From Sedimentisphaerales bacterium (GTDB lineage: Bacteria > Planctomycetota > Phycisphaerae > Sedimentisphaerales > Anaerobacaceae), in NCBI GenBank assembly GCA_963708075.1, contig OY970194.1:1280001-1344000 (forward strand): a stretch of 64,000 bases of DNA, read 5' to 3'. The notes beneath the pieces are model-generated. The model did not search any database. It was not told the origin of the DNA and saw only the letters and a list, made by a program, of their open reading frames with translations. Shown in pieces: positions 1 through 9,262 of this stretch. The position numbers were made by a program, and so were the translations under genes. Position 1 is the stretch's first letter. The number at the start of each line of letters is the position of its first letter.

Positions 1-208
1 ACAGTTCTTCTTGAGCGTCGTAAGGACCGCCCCAGATATACTGGAAGCCTCCCTCGCGCGATTCGTATGGGCATACATTCGTCGGATCGTCATAGTGGGT
101 TAAGAACCAAGCCTTCATAATCTTCTTCTGTTCCTCCGGCTCTGCCTCAGCGAGGTGGTCTGGGTCGAATCTCGGGGCGTCATCTTCGAAAAAGGACATC
201 TGTGACAT
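1..208 (-). CDS. Partial gene running off the window; N-terminus resembles HEPN/RES N-terminal domain 1 (HEPN_RES_NTD1)
   Basis: Not in the ORF track. Manual translation from ATG 208 (GAGG RBS): MSQMSFFEDD...KAWFLTHYDDPTNVCPYESREGGFQYIWGGPYDAQEEL; the PYESREGG-x-QYIWGGPYDA motif recalls this domain. Confidence 0.7.
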   Translation of the reverse strand, partial: MSQMSFFEDDAPRFDPDHLAEAEPEEQKKIMKAWFLTHYDDPTNVCPYESREGGFQYIWGGPYDAQEEL

Positions 209-295
209 ATCTTCCTCTTTCAGTTCTCTGGATATGAGATCAGTTTATAGCCGGCACCCCGGCATAGTCATGTAGCGGGCAGGTCCTCATTGTGC

Positions 296-1062
296 TCATG
301 CGGCGACCTCATCCATGAAGTGTCTAATGCCTTTGAGCATTTGCTCCACATCCGTACGACTGAACTGGTCAAACTGACCGTGTGCTGCGTTGTTACGTAT
401 GTCTGCCAGTACAGTTGCTTGGCCTTCAACTGGTTGTAGACGCCAGCTTTCTTGAGGTCATCAATCATCACATTCATCTTCTTGTTCTCGCCATTTTCCT
501 TCACGGTTGGTATGGACGGGTTTTGTCCCTTGCACAAGTCTCTCAGTATCTTTTCAAGTACCGCCCCGGCGAGCACGGCTCCGGGCACGTGGTCAAATTC
601 GCCCTGTTGCCCTTCAGACAAGAGGCGTTCGGCCTGTCCCATATAGTCTGCCGCAAATTCTCTCTCAATTTGGCCGATCAAATCACCAAGGAAGCCATTT
701 TCATAATCTGCTCTAAGGCCCTTTAGAGTGCCTATCCCCCAATCGAAGTGCCCAGGACAAATGCGAATATTCCGAAAGCCCTCAACATCATTCCTATGGG
801 CACTTTCCGCGGGGAGGATCTGATCTAAGAGCGATGCACAGGAGGTGCGCCAAGCCATAAAGGGTTGGGGAGCAAGTTCGTAATGGTCTGGTAGTCTCTG
901 CCGGGGACCAAGTCCGCCAAATGAGTCGTATTGGGTGTGGATAAAACTCTCACGATAACCACCCGGAACGGTGCGCATCTGTTGATAAAGGGTCTCTCCC
1001 TGTGCTATGAGTTCGTCGAATCGAGCTAAGTGTTTTTTTCTCAACTCAAGTGGAAGCAGCAT
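296..1062 (-). CDS. HEPN (DUF4145-like) domain protein, frameshifted at ~406
   Basis: ORF 268..1086 gives AVLAGAVLEKILRDLC...LKKAGVYNQLKAKQLYW. The adjacent frame continues ADIRNNAAHGQFDQFSRTDVEQMLKGIRHFMDEVAA* (HEPN RxxxxH motif, stop at 296-298). Confidence 0.75.
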
Positions 1063-1443
1063 TTTATGGTCCTCACCAGCCTTCAACGAGCAGCTCTTGA
1101 ACTGACGCCATTATACCCTCTAGTCGTGTACGCTAATCACAGGATTTGAGTGAATTGTCGGCTCTGCGCTGCAAGTGGCTGTAATCTAAAGAAAGGGGAC
1201 GGTGTCAGGTGTCTATTCGGAAGACCACTGGGCTGTAATTCCGGGGACATCCATGAGCAAGCCGTTGTCAGGCGTGCCCTGGGCTTGTCGAAGGGACGGT
1301 CGCGGGATTCTTTCGCGGGAGTCCCACACATCTATTCGGTGTCGCCCGACTAAAGACTCGGGGACGTGAGTCTCCGGGCCGCAGAGAGTTGCCAATGTTG
1401 TCGGGGCGTGGTCGGAAAGCGGTGGCGGCCTGCATGGCTCTTT

Positions 1444-1545
1444 GTAGGGTGAGCGTCCGCGCTCGCCCATTCTGAGGATTCACCACGGACCAGATGAGGT
1501 GCAAGGGCCACAGGCAACGGGGACGAGCGGGGACGCTCGTCCTAC
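1444..1545. repeat. Inverted pair of GTAG-type REP hairpins
   Basis: GTAG-GGTGAGCG-TCCG-CGCTCGCCC at 1444-1468; on the minus strand GTAG-GACGAGCG-TCCC-CGCTCGTCCC at 1520-1545. Confidence 0.75.
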
Positions 1546-1880
1546 GCGGAGATCGGAATCCGCCACCGAAGGCCGGCCGCAGCCTTTTGTCACTACTTGA
1601 CAAAAGTCATGGAACATTTTGCCTGCATGGAACGTCTTTAATACATGGTGAGATGACCATGTCTCATTGGGCGCAGCGACGCCCGGGCCGGCCCGGCGGC
1701 CACGGTCAATCGTATATCACGAATCGTTAATCGTAGATGTCCTGAGGGAACGTGAAATCCCAGCCGGCCGGCGGCATAGGTTCGATGCCCACTGCTGTCA
1801 AGCAAGGCCAGTCGCCGATATCCCGGAAAGTCTATAGGCAAGCTTCGCTTGACGATGCCGCCCCGTGGGGGGCAGCTATT

Positions 1881-2463
1881 GCGCCAAACAAAGCCAATTG
1901 GAGCAGCCTGGGTCCGTTTGTAGTGTGCCCGTAAGGGCATCAAGGGAAGAAACGCCTTACGGCGTCACTACGAACGAGGATGTGAAACAAAGCCAATTCG
2001 TGATGGAGGAAGGTGGGCCCTTGGGATTGCGGATTGCGGTTGAAGGACGGAAGACTGTCTCGTCGGGCTACGCAATGACAGCACAGGCGAATATGCGAAA
2101 CAAAGCCAAATTCGGGAGATATGGGGTATCTGGGGAAGAATCGGTATCGTGTCTGGCACGGGGCGGAATGTGCGAAACAAAGCCAATATGGCCTTGCCGA
2201 GCGGGCTACAGGCGGTGTGCAAAACAAAGCCAATTTGGGGCCGGGGGCCCTTGGATTGCGGATTTCGGAATGCGGATTGAAGACGAGGACCGCGGTTGCA
2301 GTGATGCCCTCGTGCGGCGTGCGGAACAAAGCCAATCCGGGGGAAGGAGTATCGAGTCTGAAGTGTGAAGTGTCAAATAGCACCCCCGCCCGCAGGGGTG
2401 ATCCCAGCCGAGGGCGGCTGGGCCACATGGTGGCTGACTCGACGTGCCGAACAAAGCCAATTT
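1881..2463 (+). repeat. Array of 7 (A/G)AACAAAGCCAA core repeats with variable modular spacers (not CRISPR)
   Basis: Cores start at 1886, 1985, 2098, 2175, 2222, 2324, 2449; extended consensus RTGCG-AAACAAAGCCAA-TTY. Confidence 0.9.
1920..1971. repeat. GTAG-type REP doublet inside the first array spacer
   Basis: GTAGTGTGCCC-GTAA-GGGCAT ... ACGCC-TTAC-GGCGTCACTAC; near-identical inverted copy at 53762-53812. Confidence 0.8.
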
Positions 2464-2519
2464 CCCAGGCCGGTTCGTGCGCGAGCCGGGTATACCCGAT
2501 GAGCGGCGGGGGATGGCGT

Positions 2520-3446
2520 CTATTGCAGGTAGTTCAGGATGCCGGCGGCTATGGCTTGGGCCAGGCGGGTTTGAAAGGTGTTGTCCTGGAGGCGGCGGGC
2601 GTCCAGGGGGTTGGAGAGGTAGCCCGTTTCGATGAGGATGGCGGGACAGCTTGTCAGCACGAGGACTTTGTAGTCGGCTTCGCGGATGCCGCGGGTGTCT
2701 GAACCCGTGCCGGCCATCTTCGCGCTGACGGCCCGGGCCGCCTCGTAGGCATCGCGCGACGCGTCCCTGGCCACATACAGAGTGAAGCCGCTGATGCTGC
2801 GGTCGGGGACCGAATCGGCGTGGATGCTCACGAACAGATCGGTGTCACGGCGGTTGGCGATCTCCGCCCGTTCTTCCAGTTCGATGAAGCGGTCGTCCTG
2901 CCGGGTCATGACCACGTTGATGCCCTGTTGCGCCAGCAACGCCGCGACCTTTGTGGCCACCTGCAGAGTGATGTGCTTCTCATAGCGCCCGGCGACCATG
3001 GAGCCAGGGTCTTTTCCGCCGTGACCCGCGTCAACGACGACAATGGCAGTGCCGGGCTTGGGGCGAGGGCGTGCCGCCACAGGCGGCTGCTCCGGTCCAG
3101 GGATGCGCAGGTACGGCTGGATCGTCGCGACGAGCGTCTCGGGAACGTAAACGGTAGTGCCGACCCTGCGAGTCTCGCCGACGGGGCCGATGGCCTTGCC
3201 GTTCACGAAGAACCGTCCATCCGCTTGTATGAAGATCAGCACGGTATTGGCGGCGTTCTTGAGGACAACGAACGTCTCGGCCCGCTCCTGGATACGAAGT
3301 CTCAGCCGGGCGGCCAGCTCATCGATGGTGACGGTCTGCTCCTTGACGGTCACGCTGACCGCAGGCCGCTGCTGCGGCTGCTGGCAGCCACCGACCGCCA
3401 GGACCACACCCGTAAGAATGGTGAGCAGTCTGGTTCTTGAACTCAT
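2520..3446 (-). CDS. N-acetylmuramoyl-L-alanine amidase (Amidase_3), lipoprotein
   Basis: Lipobox-like VGGC; motifs VVDAGHGGKDPG, EK, FVSIHAD, PAILIETGYLSN. Confidence 0.92.
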   Translation of the reverse strand: MSSRTRLLTILTGVVLAVGGCQQPQQRPAVSVTVKEQTVTIDELAARLRLRIQERAETFVVLKNAANTVLIFIQADGRFFVNGKAIGPVGETRRVGTTVYVPETLVATIQPYLRIPGPEQPPVAARPRPKPGTAIVVVDAGHGGKDPGSMVAGRYEKHITLQVATKVAALLAQQGINVVMTRQDDRFIELEERAEIANRRDTDLFVSIHADSVPDRSISGFTLYVARDASRDAYEAARAVSAKMAGTGSDTRGIREADYKVLVLTSCPAILIETGYLSNPLDARRLQDNTFQTRLAQAIAAGILNYLQ

Positions 3447-3504
3447 AATAGAGTTTTTATCGGATATTGGGCCGTGAAATGTTTAGACTTTCTGGCGACA
3501 ATTC

Positions 3505-3927
3505 TCACGCGCAGGCCGGGCACAGGCCTTCCAGCCGGACTTGTTGACGGCTGATGACGAAGCCTTTGTCGGCAACCCTGGCCATGGGCAGCGAGATATC
3601 CGTGAGGCAGTGGGTGACGCCGCAGCTCGTGCATGTAAAATGCGGGTGGCACTGGTGTTCCGTGCAGTGGTCGGCCAGCTCGAAATACCACGCCCGCTTA
3701 TACGTGAACGCGCGGTGGACCAGTCCCGCCTCGACCAGCGATTCCAGCGTGCGGTAGACAGTGACCTTATTGAAGGTTTTCTCCATTGATGGAGGAGCGA
3801 TCTGATCCTGCCGAAGGGGCCTGGCTGTTTCCATGAGGGCCCGCAGAATGGCGATCCTCGCTTCCGTGCAATACAGCTTTGCGTGTTTCAGCATCTCCCG
3901 GGCCTTATTGTCAAGTCGTGTGATCAT
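3505..3927 (-). CDS. Fur family transcriptional regulator (Zur-like)
   Basis: TEARIAIL, NKVTVYRTL, HPHFTCTSCG and C-terminal GLCPAC. Confidence 0.9.
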   Translation of the reverse strand: MITRLDNKAREMLKHAKLYCTEARIAILRALMETARPLRQDQIAPPSMEKTFNKVTVYRTLESLVEAGLVHRAFTYKRAWYFELADHCTEHQCHPHFTCTSCGVTHCLTDISLPMARVADKGFVISRQQVRLEGLCPACA

Positions 3928-4643
3928 GCCGGGATCTCCACAGAGTGCTCATGGTCGAGGTGCAGGTGAGGCGAGCGAACGAAGAACATGGGAAAGATGA
4001 TATCGCTGAAGCAGCAAGGCAGCCAGACCGCGATGAACAGGACGACGAAAGCTCCGAGCAACAGCACGGGCGACAATTCCCGATGCGTGTTCATGAGGAT
4101 ATGGAAGGAGGACGCCCACGTGCTGACGAGGATATGGCCGGCATGGGGGAGCTTCGTTCGAGGCCGGCACCACGCAATGAGCACGCCCAGAATCGCCGCC
4201 GGGTTGACCAGGTACCACTCCTCGATAAATCCCAGATGTATCTCGGGTCTGCCGGATTCGGCTTCGTGACCGTGACCCGCCTCCTGGTCATCCGCATGGC
4301 TGTGCACCTTCGCCTCAGTCGGCACAGACACTCCGAGCAGGCTCTCTCCGAAGTATGGCAGAACGGAATCGCTGAGCGTGGCGGTCCCGACAGCCCCGAT
4401 GTAACCGACGAGCAGGACAACAAAAAAGCCTTTTCCCTTTTCGTACAGCCTGTACAGCGACGCGGTCACGGTCGCCGCCAGAATCACGTGGAGGGGATGA
4501 AAGACCCTGAACAGCCCGTGGGATACCTCCGTCGGGGCCTTGGCAAACAAAAGCATGGCCAGGATTCCCGTAGCGGCCCCGAAAAGCGTAAACGGGGCGT
4601 GCTCCCTGAGTTCTGTCACGATCCCATGTGCTCTCGTATGCAT
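3924..4643 (-). CDS. Multi-pass membrane protein with His-rich loop, putative metal (Zn) transporter
   Basis: Several hydrophobic segments; HSHADDQEAGHGHE loop; HPLH, PHAGH and PCCFSD motifs; GAGGAG RBS; 4-nt overlap with the fur gene. Confidence 0.7.
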   Translation of the reverse strand: MHTRAHGIVTELREHAPFTLFGAATGILAMLLFAKAPTEVSHGLFRVFHPLHVILAATVTASLYRLYEKGKGFFVVLLVGYIGAVGTATLSDSVLPYFGESLLGVSVPTEAKVHSHADDQEAGHGHEAESGRPEIHLGFIEEWYLVNPAAILGVLIAWCRPRTKLPHAGHILVSTWASSFHILMNTHRELSPVLLLGAFVVLFIAVWLPCCFSDIIFPMFFVRSPHLHLDHEHSVEIPA

Positions 4644-4712
4644 TTCTATGTACTCCTCAGCGTCCGATAGATTCACATCCGTGCATCCACTGTACACAGC
4701 GATTCCATAATT

Positions 4713-4727
4713 TGCAACTCAGTTGCA
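4713..4727. promoter_or_regulatory. Palindromic Fur-family (Zur-type) operator
   Basis: TGCAAC-TCA-GTTGCA about 70 nt upstream of the membrane-protein/fur operon; resembles the ATGCAACnnnGTTGCAT Zur motif described for Deltaproteobacteria. Confidence 0.65.
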
Positions 4728-4956
4728 GATTTTATAACGGGCTTCTATTTTATAGACTTTATGTGCAGCTATGTGCCCGCTCATTCCGATGATGTCCGGG
4801 GCGTGGCCTATGCGCGTGGCTGACAGGGCTCATGCGAGCATAAGTACAATGCCTCGCGGGAGTTGCGTACAGCCGGTTCCGACGGTGGTGTACGATCGGA
4901 ATGAGAAAGCATGTGTCCGGGACCCGTGTCCCGGCACTTTTTGAAAGAGAACAACT

Positions 4957-5670
4957 GTGCTCGAAACACTGGAAAAGTCACTGATCGAATCGCCTGTTTC
5001 TGCCCTATTCGTCATATTCTGGATCGGGGCCGTAACCTCGCTCAGCTCGTGCACGGCGATCCGGCTGCCGATTGTGCTGGGGTATATTGGGGCCACGGTC
5101 CACTCCAGGAAACGCTCACTGCTCCTGACTGTGCTCTTTTTCCTCGGGCTGGTGGTCAGCTATGTGTTGATCGGGGCAGCCGCAGCATCTGTGGCCGGGA
5201 TGGTGCAACGATTGCTCAACACCAGCAAAGAGATCTTCTGGGTATCCGGCGCACTGCTGTTCGTCGCCGGCGCCTTGATTTCAGGCTTGATAGGTCCCGG
5301 TCTGCTGCCCGGCCGCTGCCGGCGTATCGGCGTTTGGCTGGACCGGACGCGCGGGCTAGGTGCTTTTGCCTTCGGGCTGATCTTCGGCCTGCTCACGATG
5401 CCCGCCTGTCCGCTCTGCGGTGCGGGTCTGATCGTGCTTGCAGGGATCGTGGCGGACAAGGGGCTGTCCTCGTACGGGCTCGCCATGTTTGCCAGTTTCG
5501 CACTTGGTCAGGCTCTGCCCGTCGTTGCTCTTGGGGTGCTGACCACAATTGTCGGCCCGGGGCTGGTGAATTGGGTACGGACGCGCCTGTGCTCTGCCGA
5601 GCAGCATGCCCAGTTGTTTTGCGGCAACCTGCTGATGGTCCTCGGCATCTACTTCATCGTCGTGGGTTAG
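4957..5670 (+). CDS. ccdA: Cytochrome c biogenesis CcdA/DsbD transmembrane domain protein
   Basis: About six TM helices, SLSSCT..P and PACPLC cysteines. Confidence 0.75.
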   Translation: MLETLEKSLIESPVSALFVIFWIGAVTSLSSCTAIRLPIVLGYIGATVHSRKRSLLLTVLFFLGLVVSYVLIGAAAASVAGMVQRLLNTSKEIFWVSGALLFVAGALISGLIGPGLLPGRCRRIGVWLDRTRGLGAFAFGLIFGLLTMPACPLCGAGLIVLAGIVADKGLSSYGLAMFASFALGQALPVVALGVLTTIVGPGLVNWVRTRLCSAEQHAQLFCGNLLMVLGIYFIVVG

Positions 5671-5677
5671 GTGGAAT

Positions 5678-6301
5678 ATGGAAAACGGCCAAGTGATCGG
5701 TTCGAGGCGAAAGACCTGTCCAAACGGCTACAGGGAGCTCGCGGCGAAGGGATCGTACAGCGTCATCTTCATCGTGCTGGCCCTATTCATCCTTCGGCCG
5801 GTCATGGTCAACCACATGATCAGCCGAGCCGACGCTTACTCTGCGTACGGCATGCTTCAGGAATGCCGGCGGGAGTGCAACAAAGCCCTCTTGCTCGACA
5901 ACGACAACAGCGAGGCATGGTGCCGCATGGCTCGTCTTTATCGCACCGAGGGCGATCTGGATATGGCCTACGGAGCCTATCTCAATGCCGCGCAGGCCGA
6001 TGCCACAAACAAACCGGCCCATTTCGAACTGGGCATGCTGTATGTCCAGGACCATCTCTATAAAGAGGCGATTCCCTATTTCGATCAGGTGCGAAAGCTC
6101 GGGCCGGACAAGCCGCAGATCATCCAGCGGGGGGGCTTCCCGTACCACAAATCGTCGCTGGATATACTGGCTATGTGCTACGAGAAAGCCGGAGATATCG
6201 CCAAGGCGGAGTTCACCCTGGAGGAAATCAGGGTGTTCTACCCGGACTACGCGAAACCTGATACCCGGCTGGACGAGTTGAAACAACGCCAGCAGGAGTA
6301 A
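5678..6301 (+). CDS. Membrane-anchored tetratricopeptide repeat protein
   Basis: N-terminal TM; TPR-like segments such as AHFELGMLYVQDHLYKEAIPYFDQV. Confidence 0.8.
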   Translation: MENGQVIGSRRKTCPNGYRELAAKGSYSVIFIVLALFILRPVMVNHMISRADAYSAYGMLQECRRECNKALLLDNDNSEAWCRMARLYRTEGDLDMAYGAYLNAAQADATNKPAHFELGMLYVQDHLYKEAIPYFDQVRKLGPDKPQIIQRGGFPYHKSSLDILAMCYEKAGDIAKAEFTLEEIRVFYPDYAKPDTRLDELKQRQQE

Positions 6302-6526
6302 CCCGCCCGGAGATCCGGCGGCATCCTGGGCAGCGTCCACCCCGCATATTGCGGGCCTCTCCCACCTTCGGCCCCTTCATCCCCCGGCGGCTTTTATCCC
6401 GGAAAGGCGTTGCGTCCACGTGACCAAGCGGTAAACTCTTTCGTAGTATAGAGTAGGGATCGGCCCGGTCCGCTTTCGATGATAGTGGGCGGTCGCAAGC
6501 GGCGATCTGAGAGAAGGCTTTTACTC

Positions 6527-7522
6527 ATGAAGGTGTTGACGGTACGAGCGGACTTTGCACAGGCCCGGAAGGGCTGCGTGCTGACGATAGGCAACTTCGA
6601 TGGCGTTCACGTGGGCCATCAGGAGATTCTTCAGACCGCCCGCCAACTGGCCAAGGACAGTGGCACGGAGATGGCGGTGATGACGTTCGAGCCGCACCCG
6701 GTGGCCATATTGCACCCGGAGAAGGCTCTTGGTGTGCTGACCCCTCTGTCGCTCAAGCTGCACCTGCTGAAAGACTACGCCGATCACTGCATCATCGTCC
6801 TGGAGGACAATCGCGAGTTGCTCAAGCTGTCGCCGCAGGACTTCGTCGATGAATTTCTCATGGCGACCCTCAAGCCTTCTGTCATCGTGGAAGGCGATGA
6901 TTTCAACTTCGGAGCGGGCAGAGCGGGCGATGTGAACACACTGATGCGGCTTGGAAATGAGAGAGGTTTCCGTGTGGTCGTGGTGCCGCCGAAGCAGATC
7001 GAGCTCGCCACGAATCAGAAGGTCCGGGTTTCGAGCACGATCATCCGCTACATGATCGAAGGCGGGCACGTCGCAGACGCGGCAGAGGCCCTGTCGCGGC
7101 CGTACAAACTCATCGGACCAGTCGAACGAGGATGGGGACGGGGACGTAAATTGGGCTTTCCCACGTTGAATATGCAGAAGCCCAGGCAGATCATCCCGGC
7201 TGAAGGCGTGTACGCGGGCTGCGTCGAACTCGCCGACGGGGAGGAACAGCTTTTGCAGGAGCAACAGCGTCGGCCGGCGGTGTTCAGCATCGGCCAGGCA
7301 AGGACGTTTGGGGATCAACACCCACTGTTGATCGAGGCCCATTTGTTGGCGGAGATCGTAGGAGATATGACGGGCAAGTGGATGGCAATGGACTTCCTGC
7401 AGCGGCTGCGCAGCCAGCACAAATTCAACACGCCGCAGGAGCTTGTTGCACAAATTGAAAAGGATTGCGAGGCTGCGAGGCAGATCCTCCAGGCCCACGG
7501 ATGCGTGTGTGAGAACAAATAG
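6527..7522 (+). CDS. ribF: Bifunctional riboflavin kinase/FAD synthetase
   Basis: TIGNFDGVHVGHQ, VSSTIIR, GRKLGFPTLN, GVYA, IEAHL. Confidence 0.95.
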   Translation: MKVLTVRADFAQARKGCVLTIGNFDGVHVGHQEILQTARQLAKDSGTEMAVMTFEPHPVAILHPEKALGVLTPLSLKLHLLKDYADHCIIVLEDNRELLKLSPQDFVDEFLMATLKPSVIVEGDDFNFGAGRAGDVNTLMRLGNERGFRVVVVPPKQIELATNQKVRVSSTIIRYMIEGGHVADAAEALSRPYKLIGPVERGWGRGRKLGFPTLNMQKPRQIIPAEGVYAGCVELADGEEQLLQEQQRRPAVFSIGQARTFGDQHPLLIEAHLLAEIVGDMTGKWMAMDFLQRLRSQHKFNTPQELVAQIEKDCEAARQILQAHGCVCENK

Positions 7523-7585
7523 CCCGGTCCGGGTGCCTGGTTGGAAGGACTGCCCTGAGTTGCAGGTCTCTCGAGGTATAGGTTG

Positions 7586-8936
7586 ATGTTCACATATGGA
7601 CTGATCGTCATCATTGCCATGTTGGCGCTCAATGCCGTTTTTGCGGCATACGAGATGGGACTCGCGTCAATTTCCAGGGCGCGGCTGGCCATTCTGCTGA
7701 GTGAAAAGAAAAGAGGAGCGGCGGACGCAGCCTTCATGAAGGACCGCATGGAGGCGAGCCTGGCCGTCGTCCAGGTCGGCATTACGGTGGTCGGGTCCGT
7801 AGCGGCGGCGACCGGCGGGGCCGGTGTCACTCAAAGGCTCGCCCCTTACGTACAGCAGGAGTGGGGCCTGTCACGGATCTCCGCGGACGTGCTGGTGCTC
7901 GCGCTGCTGGTCATCCCGCTCACATACATCACGATCGTATTCGCCGAGCTTGTTCCCAAGATGGTGGCGTTGCATAACAACGAATGGATCGTGCTGCGAC
8001 TGTCGCCAGCCATGAGGATTCTCTCGCAGGTGGCGCACCCGGTCATCTTTGTGATCGAATGCACGGTCAAGGCCGTAGTGAACCTGTTGCCCCGGCAGAC
8101 TCGGGCGGACGCCGGGACCCGGGGCCAGTGGCTCCACGAGCTGCGGGCCGCGCTCTCGCTGGCCCGGACGTCAAAGCTGCTCGGCGAGCGGGAGGAGAAG
8201 ATCGTGCTCTCGGCGGCCCACCTGTCGACCCGGCCCGTCCGCGACATCGTCATCCCGGCCAAAGACGTATCGATGATTTACGTCGGAAGCCCCCTGATGG
8301 ACGCGCTCGTCCAGGCGCACATGGATATGCATACCCGCTTTCCCGTGTGCACGCGGCAGAACGATCCGCAGAGCGTCGAAGCCTATGTGAACTTCAAGGA
8401 TATCATCGCCGCCATGCGGGTGAATCCGAAGGACCCGAGCATCAAGGGGATATCGAGAACCGATCCTGAGAGTTCAGGAAGACATGGTGCTGTCGCAGCT
8501 CCTGGAGATGATGATCCAGCAGAAGACACACATCGTGCTCGTGGTCTCGAAGGAAGGCGCTGTTCTGGGAATGGTGACCCTGGAGGACGTGCTGGAGGAG
8601 TTGGTGGGTGAGATCGAGGATGAGTTCGATCGTCTGCCGGCGCACGTGCATCCGATTGGCGGGGCGTGGATCGTGGGCGGCGGGGTCTCCATGAACATCG
8701 TCGCCGCTACCGTGGGGATCGCCTGGCCGGCCAGGACCGACGGCGGCCGTGTGCCCAGCCTGGCTGAATGGTCCGTGCAGCATGCGCCCCCGGACTTCAA
8801 GGGCGGCGAAGCCTTCGAAAGTGACGGGCTGCGAGTCGTCGCACGCAAGTTCCGCAGGAAGAGACTGATGGAGGCGACGGTCAGTCCCGCCGGACGGAAC
8901 GCTCCGCCTCAGGGCGACCCGAATAGTGCTGCGTAA
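7586..8936 (+). CDS. CNNM/hemolysin-family (DUF21-CBS-CorC) transporter, frameshifted at ~8459
   Basis: FAAYEMGLAS, FAELVPK and HTRFPV in ORF 7583..8611; GMVTLEDVLEELVGEIEDEFD in ORF 8484..8936. Removing one A at 8459 joins them as ISRPILRVQEDM. Confidence 0.85.
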
Positions 8937-8968
8937 CCGCTGTCCAAGGATAGGAAAAGGAGAAGAAG

Positions 8969-9244
8969 ATGCAGGAAGCAAAGAGAGCTGCGCACGTCAT
9001 CCTCGGCGTTCACATCACGGATCGGGTGTTGCACGTCCCCGCAATTCAAGATTTGTTCACGGAGTACGGCTGCAGCATCAAGACCCGACTGGGCCTGCAC
9101 GAGGCATCGAACGAGTTCTGCTCGCCGAACGGGCTGATCCTGCTCGAAATGACCGGTCCCGAAGGGCCCATCGAGGAGTTGGCCGGGAAACTCGCAGCCG
9201 TTCACGGTGTGGAAGTCCAAAAGATGATCTTCGAGCATCCGTAA
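8969..9244 (+). CDS. Small ACT-like protein (TM1266/hydrogenase-regulator-like)
   Basis: AGGAGA RBS; conserved-looking EYGCSIKTRLGLH and C-terminal VQKMIF. Confidence 0.65.
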   Translation: MQEAKRAAHVILGVHITDRVLHVPAIQDLFTEYGCSIKTRLGLHEASNEFCSPNGLILLEMTGPEGPIEELAGKLAAVHGVEVQKMIFEHP

Positions 9245-9262
9245 CAGGGTGGAAAGGTTTGC

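Noticed and set aside
1865..2702. ORFs with KQSQ/NKAN/TKPI repeats (also 52167-53147)
   Set aside because: All frames and both strands give similar ORFs and conservation is at DNA level, so they are best explained as by-products of the repeat. Translation is not formally excluded.
8450..8465. Programmed ribosomal frameshifting at the split genes
   Set aside because: No slippery heptamer or homopolymer run at the junctions, and the affected genes are unrelated. Sequencing indels are simpler.
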